4,247 nt of DNA, taken from IMG/VR virus record IMGVR_UViG_2778261674_000006; one strand, 5' to 3'. The DNA is from a virus. Lineage: Duplodnaviria > Heunggongvirae > Uroviricota > Caudoviricetes. Under the pieces are notes generated by a model. That model made no database searches. It was not told the origin of the DNA and saw only the letters and a program-made list of their open reading frames with translations. Shown here in pieces: positions 1-4,247 of the stretch (the first letter of the stretch is position 1; every line of letters begins with the position of its first letter). Position numbers and translations under genes: made by a program.

Positions 1-686
1 CTGCCGAACTGCTCCGAGTCCACCTGCACGCCGACCAGTGCCGTGTTCGGGTAGCACTGTTTCACATCGATGATTTCGGTGTATGACGACCAGAGCGTTT
101 TGTTCTGCAGCTGGTCTGTGGTGCTGTCCGGCGTCATCCTGCGCATCCGGATATTGAACGGGCGCGGCGGCAGGTTACCCACCACCACCGAGGCCAGATA
201 CTGCGAGGTGGTTTTGCCCTTAATGGTGATGTCTTTTTCCGTCACCCAGCCACCATTACGCTGTATCTGAACCAGCAGGCGGACTTCCGACGGATTCCGG
301 TCCCCCTTTGAGGTGGTTTCCACCAGTGCCTGCACGCCGAAGGTAAAGCGCAGACGGTCGATGTTTGCAGACGTAATGGTGCGGGTGATCGGCGTGTCAT
401 ATTTCACTTCCGTACCCAGCACCGTCTCGGAGCCGGAGGATTCAAACCCCTCCGGCGGTGTCTGCTCCTGCTCACCGGCACGGAACACCACCGTGACACC
501 GGAGATGTTGGTATTCCCCTCAGTGTCCAGCACCGGCGTACTGTTCAGCAGCACGCTTTTTAATCCATCCACCGGACCTTCAACCGGCCCTTCGCTGATG
601 GCATCGATCACACTCAGCAACTGCGTGGACTTCAGGTTGTCCTTCGCTTCGCGCGGGGTATGCCCCTTACTGCTGCCTTTACCCAT
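1..686 (-). CDS. J: Tail tip / host specificity protein J, N-terminal ~228 aa; gene continues beyond the window start
   Basis: Reverse-complement translation from the ATG at 686..684 reads MGKGSSKGHTPREAKDNLKSTQLLSVIDAISEGP...TALVGVQVDSEQFG with no stop to position 1; this matches my memory of the lambda gpJ N-terminus. The ORF is not in the supplied track because it runs off the window edge. The plus-strand ORFs 70..270 and 313..702 are antisense shadows. Confidence 0.88.
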   Translation of the reverse strand, partial: MGKGSSKGHTPREAKDNLKSTQLLSVIDAISEGPVEGPVDGLKSVLLNSTPVLDTEGNTNISGVTVVFRAGEQEQTPPEGFESSGSETVLGTEVKYDTPITRTITSANIDRLRFTFGVQALVETTSKGDRNPSEVRLLVQIQRNGGWVTEKDITIKGKTTSQYLASVVVGNLPPRPFNIRMRRMTPDSTTDQLQNKTLWSSYTEIIDVKQCYPNTALVGVQVDSEQFG

Positions 687-710
687 TCGTCACGCTCCAT
701 AAACGACAAA

Positions 711-726
711 ACCGCCCGCAGGCGGT
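711..726 (-). other. Stem-loop in the I-J intergenic spacer (ACCGCC-cgca-GGCGGT), followed on the minus strand by a T-rich run (TTTTGTCGTTTAT)
   Basis: Perfect 6-bp inverted repeat with a 4-nt loop read directly from the sequence, located between the I stop (747) and the J start (686). Could be a weak terminator/attenuator or an mRNA structure element. Confidence 0.3.
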
Positions 727-746
727 TTCACATAAAACATTTTTCA

Positions 747-1388
747 TCAGCGACCAATCACCACAACCTGACCACCATCACCTTCATCTGCCGTGCTGAT
801 CTCCTGAGATACCACCCGCGACCCCACACGCATTTCACCGTACAGAACGGGCAGGACATTGCCCTGGGCAACCATATTATCCAGTGAAGAAAAATAGGTG
901 TTCTGTTTGCCGTTATCCGTTGTCTGTGTGCGAGGGGTTTTGGGTCTAGGGGCCAGCATCTGTGCAACACCGCCAAGCGTCATACTGGCGCCGAGAGAAA
1001 ACAGCAGATTACTCGCCATAATTCCTACCCCCGGCATCCATATAGCAACCGCCATAACAGCCGCCCCCAGCACAGCCTGAAACACACCGCCACTTTTGGC
1101 TCCTGCCAGACGCGGCACGATATGGATCACAGCACCATTTGCCAGCGGTTCATTAAGACGGGCTGATAATTCCGTTTCACCTGTATCACGCCCGGCAATG
1201 CGTACCTGATACCAGCCGTCGCTCAGCTTCTGACGAAACGCCGGGATCTGCATGGCCAGCGCCCGGATGGCTTCGGCCCCCGTTTTCACACGAAGGTCGA
1301 TGCGGCGGCCAAATCGTTGCAAATCCCCGTAAAGGCAGATGCGTGCCATTCCCGGTGACGCCAGAGGGAGTGTGTGCGTCGCTGCCAT
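747..1388 (-). CDS. I: Tail assembly protein I (lambda gpI family), 213 aa
   Basis: ORF-track protein MAATHTLPLASPGMARICLYGDLQRFGRRIDLRVKTGAEAIRAL...NGKQNTYFSSLDNMVAQGNVLPVLYGEMRVGSRVVSQEISTADEGDGGQVVVIGR matches lambda gpI as I recall it. Its start overlaps the 3' end of K by 103 bp, and a ~60-bp spacer precedes J, as I recall for lambda. Confidence 0.88.
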   Translation of the reverse strand: MAATHTLPLASPGMARICLYGDLQRFGRRIDLRVKTGAEAIRALAMQIPAFRQKLSDGWYQVRIAGRDTGETELSARLNEPLANGAVIHIVPRLAGAKSGGVFQAVLGAAVMAVAIWMPGVGIMASNLLFSLGASMTLGGVAQMLAPRPKTPRTQTTDNGKQNTYFSSLDNMVAQGNVLPVLYGEMRVGSRVVSQEISTADEGDGGQVVVIGR

Positions 1389-2023
1389 TTGTCGGTATAC
1401 CTCTCTCGTTTACTCAGTTGTTCAGGAATATGGTGCAGCAGCTCACCGTCGCCGCAGTAAATGGCGGCATGATTCGGCACCGATGAACCAAAGCAGCACA
1501 GCAGCACATCGCCAGGCTGCGCCTCTGTCAGTGGGACACGGTAAAAACCAGTCGCCTCCATATTGTCAAGATAGAGATTCTGACCGTGACGCCACCAGTC
1601 ATCCCCGCGATAAAAATCCGGCATCTCAATCCCCGCCAGATGATAAGCATCCCGGAACAGCGTGTAACAGTCCGTCACCCCGTGCTCAAAGCGCCGCCCG
1701 GTGAGATGCGGCACACAGCGGAACTTGTGAATCGCCCCCCGGCAGACCAGCCACCACGGCAAATCACTCTGCACCTGCAGCCGCCGGTCGGCCTCACTCA
1801 GCCAGGGCAGACCACCGGGGTGACTGTGGACCAGCGCCACAATCTCACCCTGCATCTCTGCCTGCAGCCAGTCCTCCGGAGCCATCCGGAAATACGCCTC
1901 CGGCTCACCGGAGATATTCACGCAGGAAAAATATCTTTCCTCCTCCGGCGTTCTCACCACGAAGCCGCACGACTCCGCTGGCGCACATCGCCGGGCGTGC
2001 GCCAATATATTGCTATAGGGCAT
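1286..2023 (-). CDS. K: Tail assembly protein K (lambda gpK family; MPN/JAMM-like N-terminal region plus NlpC/P60-like C-terminal region), 245 aa from the ATG at 2023
   Basis: ORF-track frame 1286..2062. It contains the JAMM-type motif HSHPGGLPWLSEAD preceded by EMQGE, and Cys/His-containing segments (GVTDCYTLF, HAAIY, HHIPE) typical of NlpC/P60 peptidases. I chose the start at 2023 because AGGAG (2033..2029) sits 5 nt upstream; the track's ATG at 2062 would put a terminator hairpin inside the coding sequence and lacks a ribosome-binding site. An in-frame ATG at 1885 is a third alternative. Confidence 0.82.
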   Translation of the reverse strand: MPYSNILAHARRCAPAESCGFVVRTPEEERYFSCVNISGEPEAYFRMAPEDWLQAEMQGEIVALVHSHPGGLPWLSEADRRLQVQSDLPWWLVCRGAIHKFRCVPHLTGRRFEHGVTDCYTLFRDAYHLAGIEMPDFYRGDDWWRHGQNLYLDNMEATGFYRVPLTEAQPGDVLLCCFGSSVPNHAAIYCGDGELLHHIPEQLSKRERYTDKWQRRTHSLWRHREWHASAFTGICNDLAAASTFV

Positions 2024-2034
2024 GAGAACTCCTG

Positions 2035-2059
2035 ATAAAAAACCCAGCCGAAGCTGGGT
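2035..2059 (-). terminator. Intrinsic terminator downstream of the antirepressor gene and immediately upstream of the K ribosome-binding site
   Basis: Minus-strand reading: ACCCAGC-ttcg-GCTGGGT (2059..2042) followed by TTTTTTAT (2041..2034), then AGGAG and the ATG of K. This is a classic GC stem plus U-tract. Confidence 0.6.
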
Positions 2060-2077
2060 CATTTCGTTGGCAATCTG

Positions 2078-2998
2078 TTAGTAGTGATGCAGTGAAGGAG
2101 GTAATTCTTTGTTCTTAAGTCTTAGCCATGCAGAAAGATTCGTTGGTCCGTCTGGCTCATTAATATCAATATCTCGCGTGTGATTGATTAAAACGTCTCT
2201 CGCCATTCCAATAACATACGAGAACTCATGACCGTAGTCGTAGCATCTGCAGGAATAGTTCGATTGAATTTGCTTTAGCGCCGGATACAGTTCGCGGAAT
2301 AATGCCTGTGAGCGGTTGGCATAATCCCATAACCATACAAGGCTGTTTGCTTCTTTTGCAGAAAGCTCGTTGGTTTTCTTCTCTTGTTTTCCGATGAATT
2401 CGCCTTCAAGTGGAATACGAGCAGCAAGTGACAGTGCTTCGGTAAACTGCTCCTCACTGATTTCTTTGTACGAACATCCAAAATGGGATTTCAGTGACGA
2501 CCACATGGTGATCATCGCCTTCGCCTGTTTTTCTTTTGGCAGAGACTGACCGCGACTCATGACGAGTTGTTTAATAGCTTCCTGCTGTTCAGTGGTGATT
2601 TTCCCCAGCAATGCCTTTTTAGCTTTGCGCGGGTTAATCACATGGCCTTTAGTCCAGTACTCGTAGAGCACATCGTCACACTCTTCCTGATACTGGATTA
2701 CCTTCTCGCGGATTTCAGGGCGGACTTTGTTAGGACTGATGGTTTGGAGCCAACCATTCAGTTTACGCAAAGCAAGGCAAATCATGGTCTGCATACCGCC
2801 AACTGAAGGTATTGCGATTTCCACAATACCTTTAGCAAATCTTTGTTTTAACTTTGTAAACTGTGAAGCCCAATCCATACCCATTCCCTCAACGATAGGT
2901 TTCATTGGGGTGTACGGTTCGCCGTTGTGATTGACGACATAAAGCTCTGCGCCGTGGAATGGCACGTTGATAGTAGATACCGCTGTTGCTATACTCAT
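2078..2998 (-). CDS. ant: Phage antirepressor (Ant-like; the N-terminal region resembles the P22 antirepressor N-terminal domain family), 306 aa from the ATG at 2998
   Basis: ORF-track frame 2078..3052. I chose the start at 2998 (MSIATAVSTINVPFHGAELYVVNHNGEPYTPMKPIVEGMGMDWASQFTKL...) because AAGGAA (3012..3007) lies 8 nt upstream; the 3052 start adds 18 residues that overlap a terminator hairpin. The protein resembles antirepressors from enterobacterial prophages, and the gene sits directly downstream of an Arc-like gene as in P22 immI. Confidence 0.75.
   Translation of the reverse strand: MSIATAVSTINVPFHGAELYVVNHNGEPYTPMKPIVEGMGMDWASQFTKLKQRFAKGIVEIAIPSVGGMQTMICLALRKLNGWLQTISPNKVRPEIREKVIQYQEECDDVLYEYWTKGHVINPRKAKKALLGKITTEQQEAIKQLVMSRGQSLPKEKQAKAMITMWSSLKSHFGCSYKEISEEQFTEALSLAARIPLEGEFIGKQEKKTNELSAKEANSLVWLWDYANRSQALFRELYPALKQIQSNYSCRCYDYGHEFSYVIGMARDVLINHTRDIDINEPDGPTNLSAWLRLKNKELPPSLHHY
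2967..2995 (+). promoter_or_regulatory. Candidate sigma70 promoter for an antisense (sar-like) RNA: TTGATA -17 bp- TATACT
   Basis: -35 TTGATA at 2967..2972, a 17-bp spacer, and -10 TATACT at 2990..2995 on the plus strand, inside the 5' end of ant and pointing away from it. The predicted transcription start is near 3002. Confidence 0.4.
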
Positions 2999-3001
2999 TT
3001 C

Positions 3002-3071
3002 GTTAGTTCCTTGGAAGTTACTGACATAGAAGCCCGATTTGTGTTCGCGCACTGTCGGGCTTCGCTATTTT
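3002..3071 (+). ncRNA. sar: Candidate sar-like cis-antisense small RNA (~70 nt) complementary to the ant ribosome-binding site and the arc-ant spacer
   Basis: It is bounded upstream by the promoter above and downstream by a plus-strand intrinsic terminator: stem GAAGCCCGA (3029..3037) / TCGGGCTTC (3055..3063), a 17-nt loop, then GCTATTTTTAT (T-tract 3066..3071). The transcript would be antisense to the ant Shine-Dalgarno at 3007..3012. As I recall, P22 has a ~70-nt sar RNA in the same position. Confidence 0.35.
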
Positions 3072-3238
3072 TATGTCCTAGCATTCTTCTCTCCAATCAG
3101 TCCGTACACTTTTCTCAATTGATAAATAAGTTCCGTGTTGAACTGTCGACACTCTTTTTCTCCATTTCTTTCAATCGCCTTCCTTACATCCTCTGGGAAA
3201 CGAACCTTGCGTTGATACATGTCTTTTGCTTTTTCCAT
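3071..3238 (-). CDS. arc: Arc-like ribbon-helix-helix transcriptional repressor, 55 aa (not in the supplied ORF track)
   Basis: Manual translation of the minus strand from the ATG at 3238..3236 gives MEKAKDMYQRKVRFPEDVRKAIERNGEKECRQFNTELIYQLRKVYGLIGEKNART, ending at TAA 3073..3071. A strong ribosome-binding site AAGGAG (3249..3244) lies 5 nt upstream. The pattern (basic beta-strand RKVRFPEDV, then N-[ST]-E-[IL]-x-Y-Q) resembles P22 Arc (...FNLRWPREVLDLVRKVAEENGRSVNSEIYQRV...) as I recall it. Confidence 0.65.
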   Translation of the reverse strand: MEKAKDMYQRKVRFPEDVRKAIERNGEKECRQFNTELIYQLRKVYGLIGEKNART

Positions 3239-3255
3239 CTCCACTCCTTAAATAG

Positions 3256-3318
3256 CCTCACTGTGGGGCAATCAAAATTGTCACACCGTGCGTCATTGAA
3301 GTCAACCCCACCGTGGGG
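3256..3318. promoter_or_regulatory. Three candidate operator sites with a CACNGTG core, centred at 3262, 3287 and 3312 (exactly 25 bp apart)
   Basis: Site 1, 3256..3268: CCTCAC-t-GTGGGG (one mismatch). Site 2, 3281..3293: tcaCAC-c-GTGcgt (core only). Site 3, 3306..3318: CCCCAC-c-GTGGGG (perfect 6+1+6 palindrome). Sites 1 and 3 also share the direct repeat CACYGTGGGGCA. Sites 2 and 3 fall in the spacers of the two divergent promoters; site 1 lies between the predicted ant-operon start and its ribosome-binding site. Confidence 0.55.
3277..3305 (-). promoter_or_regulatory. Candidate promoter for the arc-ant operon: TTGACT -17 bp- (TGt)GACAAT, minus strand
   Basis: Minus-strand reading: -35 TTGACT (3305..3300), a 17-bp spacer, and -10 GACAAT (3282..3277) preceded by a TGn extended -10 motif. 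Site 2 lies in the spacer. Confidence 0.4.
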
Positions 3319-3324
3319 CATAAT
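3296..3324 (+). promoter_or_regulatory. Candidate promoter for the mnt-like gene: TTGAAG -17 bp- CATAAT, plus strand
   Basis: -35 TTGAAG (3296..3301), a 17-bp spacer containing the perfect palindrome (site 3), and -10 CATAAT (3319..3324). Its -35 overlaps the -35 of the divergent arc-ant promoter (3300..3305). Confidence 0.45.
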
Positions 3325-3361
3325 TTACTTATTGTGAATTTTTCCTGTTTGGACTAATGGT

Positions 3362-3736
3362 ATGAGTAGAGAAGACCCTCAACTTCGGATTAGGCTTCCT
3401 GTTGAATTAAAAAAAATAATTGAAGCGTCATCAAAACAAAATAATCGTTCTATGAATGCTGAGATTGTCACTCTGCTTGAGTTGGCGATTCGTGTTTGTC
3501 GTGATTTTGGGCCGGAGGATGGTCCTATCGTTCAGCAGTTTAAAGAACAACTAGATGCGATAAACAGAAAATATGATAAAAGCGAGCATGAAAAACTTAT
3601 ACCTCAACTTTTAGAAATCATAGAAAAACAGAAAAAACAAGTAGATAAACTTATTAGCATGGTTGAAAGATCAATTCCTCTTTCAGAGGAATATAAGCAG
3701 AAATATCTTGGTGATGACAACAAAAAACCCACCTGA
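3362..3736 (+). CDS. mnt: Mnt-like ribbon-helix-helix repressor with an extended C-terminal, probably coiled-coil, region; 124 aa
   Basis: ORF-track protein MSREDPQLRIRLPVELKKIIEASSKQNNRSMNAEIVTLLELAI... aligns by eye with P22 Mnt (MARDDPHFNFRMPMEVREKLKFRAEANGRSMNSELLQIVQDAL, from memory): M-x-R-[DE]-DP, R-[ML]-P-x-E-[VL], N-RSMN-[SA]-E-[LI]. The C-terminal ~70 residues are rich in K/E/Q/L with a heptad-like pattern. The gene is divergent from arc-ant. Confidence 0.78.
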   Translation: MSREDPQLRIRLPVELKKIIEASSKQNNRSMNAEIVTLLELAIRVCRDFGPEDGPIVQQFKEQLDAINRKYDKSEHEKLIPQLLEIIEKQKKQVDKLISMVERSIPLSEEYKQKYLGDDNKKPT

Positions 3737-3743
3737 TGGTGGG
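3722..3743 (-). terminator. Hairpin plus T-tract at the convergent L / mnt-like junction; terminator-like only for the minus (L) strand
   Basis: Minus-strand reading: CCCACC-atca-GGTGGG (3743..3728) followed by TTTTTTG (3727..3721), beginning 10 nt after the L stop codon. On the plus strand the hairpin is preceded, not followed, by the A/T run, so it is a poor terminator for the mnt-like transcript. The hairpin overlaps the last mnt-like codons and its stop (3734..3736). Confidence 0.45.
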
Positions 3744-3752
3744 CATAATCCA

Positions 3753-4247
3753 TTACTGCGAAAGCTTGTTAATGGAAAGGAAGCCGCCAAAGTTGCCGAC
3801 GTTATTGCGAAACTTACAGCCACTCAGGCATTTGCTGCATTTATCCTTCGTGATATCGGACGTTGGCTGGTCATATTCATCCGCGACTGCCGGACCGTTA
3901 TAACCGCACTCATCACCGCGATAGGTCCAGGTGCAGGTGTTGGCCAGCATGATACGTCCCGGAAAAACAGCGCCATCTGTTTCCGTCGGCGTGGACAGTA
4001 CAAAAGAGGCACTGACCGCGCTCAGTTCGCTGCACTGCTCGATGCGCCAGCGGCTGATCACCTCCTGCTCCGGATCGGCGTCGCTGTTTCCGTTGACGAA
4101 GTTCACCGCATCCAGAAAACGGGCATAAACCTTACGCCTGACCACCGTTCCGCCGACCAGACTCTGCAGGTCTTCCGCCATCCCGGTGACCATACCGTAC
4201 AGGTTAGAAACCGTCAGCGTGGGGCGCGTACTGGTGCCTTTGCCATT
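3753..4247 (-). CDS. L: Tail tip protein L, C-terminal ~164 aa; the 5' end lies beyond the window end
   Basis: ORF-track protein (from an internal Met) MVTGMAEDLQSLVGGTVVRRKVYARFLDAVNFVNGNSDADPEQEVISRWRIEQCSELS...CSKCLSGCKFRNNVGNFGGFLSINKLSQ matches lambda gpL as I recall it, including the Cys-rich C-terminus. The frame 3753..4193 is given in the track and appears to stay open up to 4247. Confidence 0.85.
   Translation of the reverse strand, partial: NGKGTSTRPTLTVSNLYGMVTGMAEDLQSLVGGTVVRRKVYARFLDAVNFVNGNSDADPEQEVISRWRIEQCSELSAVSASFVLSTPTETDGAVFPGRIMLANTCTWTYRGDECGYNGPAVADEYDQPTSDITKDKCSKCLSGCKFRNNVGNFGGFLSINKLSQ

Larger units (their letters stand above)
2024..3752. other. Accessory (moron-like) insertion between tail genes L and K carrying a P22 immI-like mnt/arc/(sar)/ant module
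   Basis: The compositional change is visible by eye: tail genes are GC-rich, while 2060..3750 is clearly AT-richer. The block is bounded by hairpins at 2035..2059 and 3722..3743 and its gene content is unrelated to tail assembly. From memory, lambda has only ~150 bp between L and K. Confidence 0.7.

Noticed and set aside
70-702. Plus-strand ORFs 70..270 (66 aa) and 313..702 (129 aa)
   Set aside because: They lie antisense to the J coding sequence, which translates cleanly to the known gpJ N-terminus on the minus strand. They are shadow ORFs in GC-rich DNA with no ribosome-binding sites.
660-1080. ORFs 660..887 (+), 758..976 (-) and 898..1080 (+) overlapping gene I
   Set aside because: These are alternative-frame or antisense ORFs inside the well-supported I gene; their products are low-complexity and unlike any protein I recognise.
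1339-2035. Plus-strand ORFs 1339..1704 (121 aa) and 1586..2035 (149 aa)
   Set aside because: They are antisense to K and I; their Pro/Arg/Ala-rich products are typical of the reverse strand of GC-rich coding DNA.
2024-2062. Longer K start at the ATG 2062 (258-aa version in the ORF track)
   Set aside because: The extra 13 codons would be encoded by the terminator hairpin and T-tract of the upstream gene and have no ribosome-binding site, whereas the ATG at 2023 has AGGAG at 5-nt spacing. It is kept as an alternative in the findings.
2999-3052. Longer ant start at the ATG 3052 (324-aa version in the ORF track)
   Set aside because: The extension overlaps the arc-ant spacer hairpin and has no ribosome-binding site; the ATG at 2998 is preceded by AAGGAA at appropriate spacing and begins the recognisable antirepressor N-terminus.
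2275-3337. ORFs 2275..2481 (-), 2567..2806 (+), 2727..2930 (+) and 2927..3337 (+)
   Set aside because: The first three lie inside or antisense to ant. The 136-aa plus-strand ORF 2927..3337 spans the ant start, the arc-like gene (antisense) and the promoter region; it is hydrophobic and low-complexity with no ribosome-binding site, so it is most likely spurious.
2024-3752. The cassette as an insertion sequence/transposon or a toxin-antitoxin pair
   Set aside because: There is no transposase or recombinase and I found no terminal inverted repeats or target-site duplications at the boundaries. A small RHH gene followed by a larger gene could be read as antitoxin plus toxin, but the larger protein has an antirepressor-like N-terminus and the presence of a second, divergent Mnt-like RHH gene fits immI far better. 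This cannot be excluded without profile searches.
3824-4128. ORFs 3824..4012 (-) and 3931..4128 (+) inside L
   Set aside because: They are alternative-frame or antisense ORFs within the L coding region, which matches gpL in the reported frame.
1-4247. CRISPR arrays, tRNA/rRNA genes, attachment sites
   Set aside because: No regularly spaced direct repeats, no cloverleaf-capable or rRNA-like segments and no integrase-adjacent core repeats were seen; the only repeats are the short palindromes in the 3256..3318 control region.

Overview
The window is a lambda-like phage (probably prophage) tail-tip gene cluster on the minus strand, L (3' part), K, I and J (5' part), interrupted between L and K by an AT-richer accessory cassette of about 1.7 kb. 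The cassette has the architecture of the Salmonella phage P22 immI region: a Mnt-like ribbon-helix-helix (RHH) repressor on the plus strand (3362..3736), divergently facing a small Arc-like RHH gene (3071..3238, 55 aa, absent from the supplied ORF track) and a 306-aa antirepressor (2078..2998). Between the divergent genes lie back-to-back sigma70-like promoters with three CACNGTG-core palindromic sites spaced exactly 25 bp apart. A candidate sar-like antisense RNA (own promoter plus intrinsic terminator) lies opposite the antirepressor ribosome-binding site. Intrinsic-terminator-like hairpins sit at both ends of the cassette. All protein identifications are by eye and from memory of lambda and P22 proteins; no database search or computation was run. 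No tRNA, rRNA, CRISPR array, integrase or transposase was seen.
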